A stretch of DNA of 64,000 nucleotides from Haliotis rufescens. Its lineage: Eukaryota. The notes beneath the pieces are model-generated. The model made no database searches, had not been told where the DNA came from, and was given only the letters and a program-made list of their open reading frames with translations. The DNA lies in assembly GCF_023055435.1 (NCBI RefSeq), contig NW_025964112.1, forward strand, positions 434,001 through 498,000, given 5' to 3'. The translations under genes were made by a program, and so were the position numbers. Position 1 is the stretch's first letter; the number at the start of each line of letters is the position of its first letter. This document shows, in pieces, positions 1 through 14,657 of the stretch.

Positions 1-120
1 CACCACGTGGCAGCTGTTGTAGAAGTGGTAGGACAATCGGACGCGGAATGTCATCCCTGTAACGCTGAGCTGTCAAATGTCCGTCAACGATGAAAGTGTT
101 GTTCCCTCCTGCCCACAAAT
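1..120 (-). mobile_element. Tc1/mariner transposase fragment
   Basis: IVDGHLTAQRYRDDIPRPIVLPLLQQ resembles Tc1 GNLTAQRYRDEILRPxVxP; runs off the window edge. Confidence 0.65.
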
Positions 121-3100
121 CAGTTACTCAAAGGTCCAATTATATATGAAAGTTGAGCAGTTTTACGGCTATATCAAGGCAGCCTGTACATAATAGTGTC
201 TTGACCAGGCATAAAAAGAAGATGACTATATGAGCTCATGTTGAAGAAAGGCCCGACGTTTAACACTCCATGGATGATTTTAACTAAACCCATGAGCACT
301 GGTAAGCTTATAAAGGACTAGAAAGCTAGGACGAATTTGAGATTCAAACCCGCGATCATAGGTTTCTGGCAGGCTTAAGGGACGCAACACTTCATGGCGA
401 ATTGTGGCTCCCCTGTCCCAAAGACCACAATGCCGCAGTGAAAGCAACGACTTTAAGTCTCGCCTGCATTGAGAATATTTAACTTTTTCAAATCAAGATG
501 TGATCTAATTCTCAAAATGTGCATTCTATCGCCCTTGGCGCCCTTATTAACGAGTGCCAAATTATAAATGTACTATTGAGGCATATAGAGGAATGTCGCA
601 GCGTTAACAGGATCTCGCAACAGTACAGTAAATAGTAACTTAACAATTATAATTAATAACAATGATGAATGAACGTTAATCTAGTATAAAACAGCATAGT
701 TTCTGTATGTCTGTATGCTAATGTTTAAAGAAATGGATACAAACGAGCACATTTGTGCATTTTCCTCCATGTCCAACAGCGATATTTCATTGGTGATGTC
801 ATACAATGTTAGTGCAACACAGACGTCATAAAGAATTATGAGGCGCTACTACATTCATTTTTGCCAGTAGCAACAAGCGACCTATCGTAAAGTGAGAATT
901 GTTTTCATTGGTATTATTCAGTCGTATCTTTCAGTTTCAGTTTCAGTCTTAGGCTTATGTTGGAGATAGATTGACTGAAGTATGTCGTAAAAGACTCTCC
1001 ATTCACGATAGTTCCAGTTGCGCAGCGAACATAGAACCCTACCTTCAAATATCTTAGATTAATTGAAGACGATCAAACTTTAATCCAATGGGGCGTTTTC
1101 TTTAGACCCGTATGCAAACAATGTATTCTGTTTATACTCCGTACATTCTGTATGATCATTAAATTGGTTAGTTAAATGAACTGACATCAGATGAACTAAC
1201 TCTTCTCGAACCAAATAATGATGACTCCGTGTACGTTATACTGCCTTTACAATAAAATGAGATAACATTAAGAAACAAATTTCGCATGTATCAGATATTA
1301 AGAAATACTAACCAGTGGCATTTCTCACACCCTCCCCCTCAGCCTCCCCCTTAGCCAAACACCCTGATAGGGGGATACACCTTTGAACGACCTTTGACCT
1401 TGCTAGAACACGCATGTTAGCCGCGGAGGGGCGTCCGAAAAAGGGAGTGAGAGAAGTCAGGTGTATTCTTAGAACTCAGGGATATTCGTGGTACTACATG
1501 TCCAAAAAGGAGATATCCTGATGGTCACTGCATTGATAACATGGGGGATTGCAGACGAGGTACTACTGGTCTGGAGGTATAACCTTATTGGGACCCTGGT
1601 CTTGAATGTAAGATATGTTGATGAGATATATATATATGACTGTGAACCAGCAGAGCGGGTAGTCGGAAGCTGAGAGTCAGAGCTACACTTTGTACATGTG
1701 TCTAAAACATCGTTGTAGAGCCACAGACGGACTTGTGTCGTATATAGAAGTCAAGAAGAAGTATCCCCTAGAACACAATCTTCTACTGTGGATACATGAA
1801 CTAACTGAGACATATTTCCGAGTCCATACTTGCAGTGGCACAGCCTATCGAGGCTAAATGAAGAATAAACTGAAATAGAAAGTTGACATGGAGAGACTCT
1901 TACAGACACTTAAATTCCTTGTATAAACTCTCGACTTCAGTGTATGAGCAAAAACCCGTAATAGCTCCATCTCAGGAAAAAACAAGAGCCTTGTTTAAGA
2001 TTGCCACGAAGGTGACACTGATCCTTTTGACGAAGAAAAATGTTGCAAAAAATGGGCTTCCTCGGGTTTTAGCTCAGGACGAGAGGGCTTTGCCGTTACT
2101 CTATAAGGCTCCCATCTCAATCATTCAAGTTTATGTCAACTCAAGTCTCGAGAGACACCGTTAAATCTCGGTAATCACCAAGGAACGTCTCTTTAGGCAA
2201 CGCTTTACTCTCGGGTAATGCTTCGGTAGCCGCTCAAAATTATCGGTATTACGTACAGTACGATGTCGAACACGGCTACGGACCCATTATACTTTGCTGT
2301 GCAGAGTTGCGTCCCTTGGCGTGATAGGAACATGTGTTCGTGGGATCGAATCCCGGTTCGCGCTGATGATGTATCTAGAGTTGTCAGCACCATACCTGTG
2401 GTCGTGGGTTTCACCAAAGTGGTAAACATCTAAGAACTGCACCAAATACTTGGACGTTGATGAAGTACATAAAGATTAATGGATGTGGTGTATCTAACAA
2501 GGCTAACATAGTAGGATAGGTTGTGTTCCATACACGTTATCTCCATCAAATTGATATGGTTCTTTAGGAAGGGACATATCCATGTAAATGCAATAATTAT
2601 ATTGGGCCACATTTTATGATATAATTCTTTTGTCAAAATACTGTTATCCAAGAAGATATGTTACATCAAATAACACGCTCAAAGTACGTTTCAGTAACAT
2701 AAAATATGCGATTTTACGGTTTGGCAAAAAGAAACTTCCTTTGTCTCGTTACAAGAGAGGTTGTTTTGCAATAGCATCTCAATTTCTCCTTGTTTTCCAG
2801 AGACTGTGACAGTTACACATTTGAAATGTCATTTCATTTCAAGTTTAAAAGTATTCTTACGAAGGCACAGATTCTTCACACGAGTCCTTGTCGCACATAA
2901 CAATAGCGGAAAACCTCACGTTTTTGTATTTTATAAATCGATATCACTGCGATAAGGGCCAGGATAAATTTACTGCAACAATTCACCGGAATTTTTTCTT
3001 GGTTATTGAAATTCAAAGTGTGATATCGAGTTGCACTGAGGAATCACTATTATATGAGAAGAAACTTCAAACACTACACGTTTAGCATAAACCAAGATAA

Positions 3101-3427
3101 TAGTTTGATCTCTCTTATCATTTTAACGAGAGGATAATGCATACAAAAGTATGCATGGTTTATGTAACGGGGCAATCAAACAGCATCAACGAGCCTCACA
3201 TGATTCGGGTGATTTCTCTGACTTAAACCATGTTATGGTTGATGCATGATTTCTCTATAATTGTAGATAATGGCTTATAATTACGTCACTTGTTTTTGTT
3301 TAGAATGCACGTTCAGAATGACCAATCATTTCTTGGTTCAGAATCAACTGCAAGAACAATAGATAGTGTGACGTCATCATAATACAACTGTACAACTATA
3401 AACAGTAAGCAGGAACCTACTTGTCTG

Positions 3428-3672
3428 TATGATCATGATTCCAGGAAACACGTTGCATTATTAAACAAGGTCTTGTTATGATCATGACTCCAGGAAACAC
3501 GTGGCATTACTAAACAAGGTCTTGTTATGATCATGACTCCAGGAAACACGAGGCATTATTAAACAAGGTCTTGTTATGATCATGACTCCAGGAAACTCGA
3601 GACATGACTAAACAAGGTCTTGTTATGATCATGACTCCAGGAAACACGAGACATTACTAAACAAGGTCTTAT
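3428..3672. repeat. 49-bp tandem repeat, 5 copies
   Basis: Unit TATGATCATGACTCCAGGAAACACGAGGCATTATTAAACAAGGTCTTGT. Confidence 0.93.
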
Positions 3673-4408
3673 GAACGTACTTCTGTTAAAGTACATCCAT
3701 TAGTACAGTGATCGAACTTTCTGCATCAAATACCGAAAGCTGAGATACATTATACTAAAGATACCCTTACTTGAAGAGTTATCAGAAGTACTAGTGTTTC
3801 GTTGCCCCAACTATAGATTTATCCACACTGTTTATTAACACTGTAGGACGTCCTGGTCAGAACAGGTTCCCTGCAGCTGATGTAATCCGCAGGAGGCGAT
3901 CAAATTGATCGATGATCGATGATCATGCTCAGCTCAGTAGCCTTCCCGATCAATCTGAACATTAAAATATGTAACTGATTATATAATTGCGAAAACTGTA
4001 CAGTTCTTTTTGGACAAAACTAGTGAAATAATGTAAACTATTGAGTCTACCGGGTGTGATAATATGGGGTAGATTTTCAAGGATGAAGTGTGTGGTTTGT
4101 TCTCGAGTCCACCTGTCGGAAAGCCTCCGCAGCCTCGGTCACAACAAAGGGCGAAGGCGGAGTGATACCATTGATTCGGAAGATTTGTTACACAATAATA
4201 CCATGTAAACGGTGTTCCTTATATAAGCAGAATCTCTTAACTTTTTCACAGATGACGTATTTTTTCGAAACTAACATATTGTTTTAGTTTCAAGAAAATC
4301 AGTATAACGAGCTATCTTGTGAATGAATGGATGTTCATCAATTGTCTGGTTTGTTCACATGTTTTCCTGAAGACCTGTTCTACCCCGGATCTTCACGGGT
4401 CTCGGTGG

Positions 4409-4757
4409 TGAGGTGAGGTGAAATTGGGTTTAACGTCGCGTCCAAGATTATTGCACTTATATAGCGACGTGCATGCACGTGTGTGTCTGTGGCTGCTTGT
4501 ACAAGTCCAGACTGATGCCGATTTATAGTGCTAGCTCACTGAGATACCATGCCACAGTTAAACATGAATACCCCACTCAGACACAGTATACTGACTCCGA
4601 GCCGACCAGTCCTTGTTTTAGCCCCTTCATGTCGAGGGCCAGACAGGGTAACAACAAGTACCATCTTTTAACGTCTTTTGGTATGACGCGGCCGGGGATC
4701 GAACCCTGGACCTTCCGCTCTCCGGGCGGACGCTCTACCACAAGACCACGGAGGCGG
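4409..4757 (-). mobile_element. tRNA-derived SINE family A (Meta/MESC-like core), full length
   Basis: Pol III A/B-box head (GTGGTCTTGTGG...GGTTCGATCCC), core GTCATACCAAAAGACGTTAAAAGATGGTAC, (CCTCA)n tail, 13-bp TSD CGGGTCTCGGTGG at 4396-4408 and 4758-4770. Confidence 0.9.
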
Positions 4758-4813
4758 CGGGTCTCGGTGGATAATCGAAACCGGTTATTCTCCGGCGTTG
4801 ATGTTATATATTC

Positions 4814-4898
4814 AATGTCCATAACGTGGTAATGTCCATAACGTGATAATGTCCATAACGTGATAATGTCCATAACGTGATAATGTCCATAACGTGAT
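4814..4898. repeat. 17-bp tandem repeat, 5 copies
   Basis: Unit TAATGTCCATAACGTGA. Confidence 0.9.
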
Positions 4899-6479
4899 AT
4901 ATGCTGTATGTTTCCAGACACCACTAAATGAACTATCCTGGCAGCGGTGGCACCCTGTAGGCGTTGCGACCAGTGTTAATTTGAAACAACTGTTGAAAAA
5001 TGTGTTGCGAGCATAAAAACTGACAGGGAAACGTATCGTGTTACCTAGCTATTCTTTCCATGTTTAACTGAAACGGATAACAAGCCTAGCGATAGGATTG
5101 GGCGTCTGGTATTTGTACAGCACAGCGAAATCCTCGACATCGTGTCCTGAGATGTTATCAGGCTAGGATGAAGAGTAATACCACAAGACATCCGGTGGTA
5201 CAGTGGTGGAGGGTCATAAATCACAGTCATTATTCATGGATTAAGCAAACACTGCACAATACTAAGTGAAAGTGATCGTTTCAGTAGCGTTGTCTTTGTT
5301 TAGTTAGTAACTTGTCACAGATTAGTCTTGATTACTTTCCTTGGTTTGTTGGCACGATGCATGTTCGCGTGGGCTTTCACTCCGGGCTCTCCTCCCGGGC
5401 CCTGCTGACAGGCCGTGATTTAAGTGAACTATTGACAGTCGAAGGCGGCATTGCTCTCTCACATCTAATCAGGGCTGAGATTGAGTTGGGATCTACTGGG
5501 ACAAGATAATGTGATGATTTGAATAAACTACTTAGGAAACATAATCTGTTGAGTGCTATGCCATTTCCGTCAGTCTTCGTATAATATTATTTTTTTTAAA
5601 TAATTGAGAACATTAATTTGTTTTCTGTCCATTGTGACCCTGATTCAGGTTCGTTGGTTTCTCTAATGGTCTAATACGGTCTGTGGTCTAATCACCATGG
5701 GTGTCTGACATAGTAACAAAGCGCCGTTAAACCAGCTTCACTCACTCCCCTCCCCTGGGAAGATGCTGTATGTTGTATTCTGCATTCAACAAATGGTTCT
5801 CAACATCTAATGCAAAAACAACCGACGTTCACAGGTGAAGCTCCGATTTAGGGTACCAGTTGCGAGCCACGACAACTATCGATTTTCCATGTTCCACCAC
5901 TCTAATTATATCGCTGACATTTGCAGTCTTCCGGATGGCGGATGTCAGCACGTGCGGGTTAGGGTTCGGGTGAGCTTTCCAAACACCAGGCACTCATGTG
6001 AGTAGGCCACGTGAGCCTCGCCCCAGAAGCTTTCGTTCAGATCAGATCCCTAATCCGCCCTGGTGAGATTACACGACACACACAGGTTGATCCTGTTTCC
6101 ACTTTCGGTCGGTTATTTGTCCATCAGAGGATAAAGCAAACATTGCATATTTGATCTGAAGTCGAAAGGATATACATGTGTTGGTCATTGGGGCGACAGT
6201 TTAGATGTTCTAGATTTTCAATCGATGCCAGATTTCCCACAAGGGTTTTGTGTACAAATGAGTTAATGGTTTCAGGATTGTTTCAGCCGAGTATGCAAGG
6301 TTTCTCGATTACCATGTCTACATTGAGGAGTGGGTGGTAGTATGAGCACGTGGGCTGCGGATATTGTTACCTGACACGTGTCGATTGTCATGACATTTCA
6401 GTATATGGATACGAGCCTTTCAGCGATAATCAAACGAGAGTGGTCACTTGAAGGAATATGATGTCATACAGGTTGTAAA

Positions 6480-6825
6480 ACTAGGGATTAGACATCTAGG
6501 CTGTCCCTTGAGCACCGATTTGGCTCCCTTCTTTATGCATGGAAGTGAGAATACTGATTTACCAACCAGAACCAGAAATAAAGGAGACCGTTTCATCTGT
6601 TTCATACCTAGATCTCTGCATGCAGGTTCAGAGGGACAAAACACTCTCCACAAGACTGTATGACAAGACTGTATGACAAGACTGTATGACAAAACTGTAT
6701 GACAAAACTGTATCAACAATCAACTTTCCCTAAATGTCGAGCAATATTCCAGCAGCCCCAGCCATTGGTGTCTACATTTCACACCTTTTGAGGTACAAAC
6801 AAGCATGCTTTTCTCATCAAGATGA
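6480..6825 (+). mobile_element. Penelope-like RT relic with an internal 13-bp tandem repeat
   Basis: SYLDLCMQVQRDKTLSTRLYDK...INFP*MSSNIPAAPAIGVYISHLLRY; ACAAGACTGTATG about 5 times at ~6650-6713. Confidence 0.75.
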
Positions 6826-7200
6826 CACCTGGTATCATTACTATTTGAAAGTGATTCGTGAATACATGCTCACAATATAGCCGGAAAGGTCAAAGCGACT
6901 CTGTGTTTGGGAGATATTTCTTTTGAATATGGAAAAGGTTATGTCACGATCACGTCAGGATAGAAATTATTGAAATGTGGTACATGTTTCTTTTTTTACT
7001 TCTATTAAAGAAAATAACTGAGTCTTGGCCAGACACAACAGGACCGCGATACGTGAGTTTAACGCCACTTTGAACAATATATCAGTTTTACCACGACGTG
7101 TCAGCTTGATGTGGAAACAAAGTCCGAAGGCATGCAGGCTGAGGGACGTCTCAGTGGGCCAGCACTCAAATCAGCATTAGCACGAACTAGTAGAAGCATC

Positions 7201-7203
<3 letters not shown>

Positions 7204-7275
<72 letters not shown>
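7204..7275. repeat. (CA)n microsatellite
   Basis: Seen directly. Confidence 0.97.
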
Positions 7276-7277
<2 letters not shown>

Positions 7278-7765
7278 GTGCAATGGTTTAATACTGCTGG
7301 GTCCACTTTTGCATTGATAGTAATCAAATGGTTTTGACATCCAATTGAAATAATCCCCTTTTCTACTTATCTAAACATATTTTATTACTTGAAAATGAAT
7401 CGGTCGAAGCACATTTCCAAAACAAAACATTTAAGCGTGCAATTCCACGTTACTTCGAACTGCTTGAAAATACATACATTATGACTGCTGTGTTGGCGAC
7501 GGGCAGCCAGTGATATGTCTGATTGGGAACGACTGTTTTGATCGGTCGTATATGAAGATAGGACTCTCTGTTCTTGCCACCTGTAAGGGGGCGAATAAAC
7601 GCGCGATCTGAATCGACCTAATAGAAACTCAGACATCAGACGTGTTTTGGCTGTAGTAATTATGGGGAGGCTCCAACCTTCTCGCTTGTTTTCAGGTTGA
7701 TATGCTGCCTTGATTTATGGAAGGTTTTACTGGGCAGTCGAGTAGTTCATTTCCTCTTTGAAAAT

Positions 7766-10700
7766 GTACGGGCTAATGAAAGACTCGAGTCCGACGCATT
7801 ACGTCTATGTGCTCTATATGGGTTATCTACGGGCTAATGGAAGACCCGAGTCCGACGCATTACGTCTATATGCTCTATATGGGTTATCTACGGGCTAATG
7901 GAAGACCTGAGTCAGAAGCATTACGTCTATGTGCTCTATATGGGTTATCTACGGGCTAATGGAAGACCCGAGTCCGACGCATTACGTCTATGTGCTGTAT
8001 ATGGGTTATCTACGGGCTAATGAAAGACCCGAGTCCGAAGCATTACGTCTATATGCTCTATATGGGTTATCTACGGGCTAATGGAAGACCCGAGTCCGAA
8101 GCATTACGTCTATGTGCTCTATATGGGTTATCTACGGGCTAATGACAGACCCGAGTCCGAAGCATTACGTCTATATGCTGTATATGGGTTATCTACGGGC
8201 TAATGAAAGACCTGAGTCAGAAGCATTACGTCTATGTGCTCTATATGGGTTATCTACGAGCTAAAGAAAGACCTGAGTCAGAAGCATTACGTCTATGTGC
8301 TCTATATGGGTTATCTACGGGCTAATGGAAGACCCGAGTCCGACGCATTACGTCTATATGCTCTATATGGGTTATCTACGGGCTAATGGAAGACCTGAGT
8401 CAGAAGCATTACGTCTATGTGCTCTATATGGGTTATCTACGGGCTAATGGAAGACCCGAGTCCGAAGCATTACGTCTATGTGCTCTATATGGGTTATCTA
8501 CGGGCTAATGACAGACCCGAGTCCGAAGCATTACGTCTATATGCTGTATATGGGTTATCTACGGGCTAATGGAAGACCCGAGTCCGAAGCATTACGTCTA
8601 TGTGCTCTATATGGGTTATCTACGGGCTAATGAAAGACCCGAGTCCGAAGCATTACGTCTATATGCTGTATATGGGTTATCTACGGGCTAATGGAAGACC
8701 CGAGTCCGAAGCATTACGTCTATGTGCTCTATATGGGTTATCTACGGGCTAATGACAGACCCGAGTCCGAAGCATTACGTCTATATGCTGTATATGGGTT
8801 ATCTACGGGCTAATGAAAGACCGGAGTCAGAAGCATTACGTCTATGTGCTCTATATGGGTTATCTACGAGCTAAAGAAAGACCTGAGTCAGAAGCATTAC
8901 GTCTATGTGCTCTATATGGGTTATCTACGGGCTAATGAAAGACCTGAGTCAGAAGCATTACGTCTATGTGCTCTATATGGGTTATCTACGAGCTAAAGAA
9001 AGACCTGAGTCAGAAGCATTACGTCTATATGCTGTATATGGGTTATCTACGGGCTAATGAAAGACCTGAGTCAGAAGCATTACGTCTATGTGCTCTATAT
9101 GGGTTATCTACGAGCTAAAGAAAGACCTGAGTCAGAAGCATTACGTCTATATGCTGTAATTGGGTTATCTACGGGCTAATGAAAGACCTGAGTCAGAAGC
9201 ATTACGTCTATGTGCTCTATATGGGTTATCTACGAGCTAAAGAAAGACCTGAGTCAGAAGCATTACGTCCATATGCTGTATATGGGTTATCTACGGGCTA
9301 ATGGAAGACCCGAGTCCGACGCATTACGTCTATATGCTCTATATGGGTTATCTACGGGCTAATGGAAGACCTGAGTCAGAAGCATTACGTCTATGTGCTC
9401 TATATGGGTTATCTACGGGCTAATGGAAGACCCGAGTCCGAAGCATTACGTCTATGTGCTCTATATGGGTTATCTACGGGCTAATGACAGACCCGAGTCC
9501 GAAGCATTACGTCTATATGCTCTATATGGGTTATCTACGGGCTAATGACAGACCCGAGTCCGAAGCATTACGTCTATATGCTGTATATGGGTTATCTACG
9601 GGCTAATGAAAGACCTGAGTCAGAAGCATTACGTCTATGTGCTCTATATGGGTTATCTACGAGCTAAAGAAAGACCTGAGTCAGAAGCATTACGTCTATG
9701 TGCTCTATATGGGTTATCTACGAGCTAAAGAAAGACCTGAGTCAGAAGCATTACGTCTATGTGCTCTATATGGGTTATCTACGGGCTAATGACAGACCCG
9801 AGTCCGACGCATTACGTCTATGTGCTCTATATGGGTTATCTACGGGCTAATGGAAGACCTGAGTCCGAAGCATTACGTCTATGTGCTCTATATGGGTTAT
9901 CTACGGGCTAATGAAAGACCCGAGTCCGACGCATTACGTCTATATGCTGTATATGGGTTATCTACGGGCTAATGGAAGACCTGAGTCAGAAGCATTACGT
10001 CTATGTGCTCTATATGGGTTATCTACGGGCTAATGAAAGACCCGAGTCCGACGCATTACGTCTATATGCTGTATATGGGTTATCTACGGGCTAATGGAAG
10101 ACCTGAGTCAGAAGCATTACGTCTATGTGCTCTATATGGGTTATGTACGGGCTAATGACAGACCCGAGTCCGAAGCATTACGTCTATATGCTGTATATGG
10201 GTTATCTACGGGCTAATGAAAGACCTGAGTCAGAAGCATTACGTCTATGTGCTCTATATGGGTTATCTACGAGCTAAAGAAAGACCTGAGTCAGAAGCAT
10301 TACGTCTATGTGCTCTATATGGGTTATCTACGAGCTAAAGAAAGACCTGAGTCAGAAGCATTACGTCTATGTGCTCTATATGGGTTATCTACGAGCTAAA
10401 GAAAGACCTGAGTCAGAAGCATTACGTCTATGTGCTCTATATGGGTTATCTACGGGCTAATGGAAGACCTGAGTCAGAAGCATTACGTCTATGTGCTCTA
10501 TATGGGTTATCTACGAGCTAAAGAAAGACCTGAGTCAGAAGCATTACGTCTATGTGCTCTATATGGATTATCTACGAGCTAAAGAAAGACCCGAGTCAGA
10601 AGCATTACGTCTATATGCTGTATATGGGTTATCTACGGGCTAATGAAAGACCTGAGTCAGAAGCATTACGTCTATGTGCTCTATATGGGTTATCTACGAG

Positions 10701-11060
10701 CTAAAGAAAGACCTGAGTCAGAAGCATTACGTCTATGTGCTCTATATGGATTATCTACGAGCTAAAGAAAGACCCGAGTCCGAAGCATTACGTCTATATG
10801 CTGTATATGGGTTATCTACGGGCTAATGAAAGACCTGAGTCAGAAGCATTACGTCTATGTGCTCTATATGGGTTATCTACGGGGTAATGAAAGACCCGAG
10901 TCCGAAGCATTACGTCTATATGCTCTATATGGGTTATCTACGGGCTAATGGAAGACCCGAGTCCGAAGCATTACGTCTATATGCTCTATATGGGTTATCT
11001 ACGGGGTAATGAAAGACCCGAGTCCGAAGCATTACGTCTATATGCTCTATATGGGTTATC
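7766..11060. repeat. 61-bp tandem satellite, about 54 copies
   Basis: Unit CTACGGGCTAATGAAAGACCTGAGTCAGAAGCATTACGTCTATGTGCTCTATATGGGTTAT, variable at only a few fixed sites. Confidence 0.97.
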
Positions 11061-11405
11061 AAACTGGTATTAGTGCTAAGAATATGCTGTGTGCAAATAA
11101 ATCGTCTAGATATCACAATGTGAGTTGATGTGTTGTTCAGATGCACCAATCTGAAAGATGAAGTTTGTGTGGGCAATATGTCAGTCTCAAATCGTCCCTA
11201 CATAGTCTCCAGATCTGAACAATTAGACGCTAGTGTTCAGTGACATTTGGGGCATCTATGCAGCAACCATTTGACAATGTTCGGATTCAAACACTGTAAA
11301 GGCGACGTTTCGCTATTGATCCTTATACTTTTGTCAAGAAAGGTTGAATGATGAACATGGTACGGAATATATAAAATAGGTGGGAGATCAACAGTTATAA
11401 CAATT

Positions 11406-11594
11406 GCAATGGCCTTTAATGTTTCTGCTCGTATGGTGAAGGCAGTGGCCTTCAATGCCTCTGTACGTGTGATCGAGGCAATGGCCTTCACTGCCTCTGT
11501 ACGTGTGATCGAGGCAATGGCCTTCAATGCCTCTGTACGTGTGATCGAGGCAATGGCCTTCAATGCCTCTGTACGTGTGATCGAGGCAATGGCC
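11406..11594. repeat. 36-bp tandem repeat, about 5 copies
   Basis: Unit GCAATGGCCTTCAATGCCTCTGTACGTGTGATCGAG. Confidence 0.92.
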
Positions 11595-11628
11595 GTTTGC
11601 AGCTCCATACATGTACACACAGTAGATG

Positions 11629-11765
11629 GCCGCCTCCATGATCTCGTGGATAGAGCGTCTGCCCGGAGAGCGGAAGGTCCGCGTCAGTGTATTATGTCTG
11701 AGCCGGGTATCAGTGGTAAACTGCGTCATGGTATATCAGTTGACTAGCATGCACGCACGCACGCA
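11629..11765 (+). mobile_element. SINE family A, deleted fragment
   Basis: GCCGCCTCCATG...GATAGAGCGTCTGCCCGGAGAGCGGAAGGTCC head joined to pieces of the body. Confidence 0.65.
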
Positions 11766-14657
11766 CTGTGTATGATGTAAATAATAACAGAATTAAAGGA
11801 AAAAACCCGTTCAATATTCATATTATTGTCTGCTAAAAGCAATACGATTCATTAACATGTGTTTATGAATCAACATGAAACAGTAATGATACAAGTTGTT
11901 CGCGAAAAGGTGAGCGCCTCCTGCCGGATGGGAGGCAACACCAATAGACAGTCTAATAAAAGTGGACACATAAAGTAGGATCATTGTAATGACCTGTTAT
12001 CAGCCTTAGATAATACTTTTAATGAGTCTGTTTGTTTGGGATACGATGACATGCATCAACCAAGTCTGCGAGCCTGACCACCCGATCCCGTTTGTCGCCT
12101 CTTACGAGAAGCATTGGTTGCTGAAGACGATATATCAGCGATAAATCTCATAACTCACTCAGATATATTTATTTAACTTATTCACTTAGCACTTTCAATT
12201 TACACTGTTGTCTATCGGGTAAGATATTACAATAAATCTATTCAAATCACAATCAACATTAGGACTAAAGATACTAAAACAAAGTCATGCATACATGTTA
12301 TGAGCTCAGAAGAAGAAGCCTGATTGTTAGTCATCGTAACCTACCTTCTTATTTCATTACCACCAAACTACATGACACCCCTGGCCTTGTTATTGTCAGT
12401 GAACATTGATGCTTGGAGAAATAAAATTTCACGATACAGCTCGGTCTGGCAACCGGCGCCAGATAAGAAAAGTCCGACAACCAAGAAGCATAATTTAATT
12501 GACAGTTCTAGTGGTAATTGTTTAGCTCGCAGCAACATTGAGTCAATCGGCCGGAATTCTCTTACTATGGTCGATATTTACAAAGTCTGGTTTGGTTCCT
12601 CTTTCTTCGCCGTGTTAATGGGGTGAAGCAAAGTTGGACAAACAGCCATCTGGGACTCATTAGTAAAGTTGAAGAATCTTGACCGTGGTTCGAATTGCAA
12701 ATAAACTGTGGCAAATAAACTAACGCCAATCCACTTAAGGATCACCATCTCTGCCCCGAGTTGTGAATAGCACTGCTTAATGTAATTTGTTTGTTAAATT
12801 GTTGTCATGTGAAAACGACTGCGGAGGTATTCATATAATGATTTGAAAACGACAAGACGATTATAATGGACAAATCAACGATTGAAGAAGTAATGAGAAT
12901 ATTTCTAAAAGTGGAGTTTTATATTATGCTTCTTAGTGTTAGTGTCTTGTTAGATTGTAGTCAGGTGTTCAGGTCAACACTTGACTTGCCTTTGCATGTG
13001 TTGTGGATGGTGCCACCGTTAGGGCAGGATACGCCCACATTTTCGCGAAAACCTGCAATCATTACTAACTGAGAGTTCTTCAGAAACACATGCCAATGAT
13101 ATAGCGTATAATCGTACAAACAACTCCGATTTTAGAATAGATTTTCTTATAATTAGGGAAATGATTTGGTGGCAATTATTAATTAATGAATGGCAATATA
13201 TCTAGTACTAACTGAAAGTATTCTAATTTTATCTGTTAAATCACTGACCAGCTGCCACGTATCGAATACGATACCTCTCTGGTCAGCTTGCAGTATCCCG
13301 CACCTCATCCACAATGTCAAGCTTCAGTGGCCAACCGGCCATTCTCTGGCCCAAATTAGGAGCCACTGACTTGCACATGACTCTGTGCTGTTGGCCATAG
13401 TAATAATAGCCCAGCTGGTGTTATAATTTGATTTGGGCAACGATGTGAATATTTATCTATATATATATTTAACTTATTTAACTCAGGGAATATATAAGAC
13501 ATATATATATTCCCTGATAAAACCTATACTCTGCCAAACTGCCTACGATACTAGTGTCGTGATGTCAGGGCATCAGGCTCCTGGATCTGTTGACCATTTA
13601 TACCGTCTAGGTATGGACGTTATCAGTGCTTAGTTGTGTTTTCACTGTAAAACAAGAGTAATCAGCAAGTGCCTGACTTACATACATTATATCATTGACT
13701 TAAAAGACAAAAAAACTGGCGTTTGAACGATTTGATTATAACTATCTGAGACTGTTGCACTGTTGTCTCCTTTAAGCAGGATTGAACTTTCAGCAAACTT
13801 ATGCATTGTACCTAAACAAGGTGCTGTCCGATCTTGATTTGTCGGTCTATTCATGTATATAACATTGGCATTTATACTTACTTTGTTGAAGACAATGTGG
13901 CAATAGAAACACACGCAGTGCAAGTTTGTCATGATTTTTCCAATTTCAATGTAGCGTGGATATATCTACAGGCAACCTGGCAACATTGAAAGCACAGTAC
14001 GTTTATTTCCCCATTCCTCCAGTCTAAAGTCACTGTCACCTGCAAATCATCAGTGTGTCAGGTATTAGAAGGAGTCGTCATGTCAACCGTCGGCTCCGAA
14101 ACGCAGCAGTTTCATATCGTCATCGCTTTTATCGAAGCCGAGCTCGTTCTGGTATACACGTCTTCGACCAGCAGTTCTCAAACTTTCAATAATGAACCGC
14201 CTTGCCATATGTCTTCCCAGGAAATAATACCCCGTTACCCGATAAGTTCCTGCGTGAAAAGAAACTATTGCACCGATCGATAATTGATGTAGATGTGGCA
14301 TTTTGATAGACAGAGACAATATAGACCAATGTTAACAAACTACATTAGAACACGGGGAAAGGTAATTTGAACGGCGTCATGACGTCAGCCTACTATGACG
14401 TAATGCAAATAGTGTACTTTATTACAGGATAAATTACTACCGGAGCCTTTGATCTTTAAGTGAAGCATCTTAGAATAATTTGTTTCTCAACATTCAGAAA
14501 GCGGTCCGTCATCACGTTAGCATTTGACATTAGGCATTGTATCATGACGACTTATCATACTAGAGTGACGTTATGTCCCTAGGCAACTTTGTGGAAATAA
14601 GGTCAGAATTGAGCTCCATTATGTCATGAAATTAAACTCGGGGCGATCAGGCTTTGT

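Noticed and set aside
1316-1888. Possible solo LTR (TATA-like run, AATAAA, ends in ...GACA)
   Set aside because: No second LTR, clean TG start, TSD or convincing PBS.
11237-11747. Repetitive 112-127 aa ORFs
   Set aside because: Produced by a 36-bp tandem repeat plus a SINE fragment; open on both strands.
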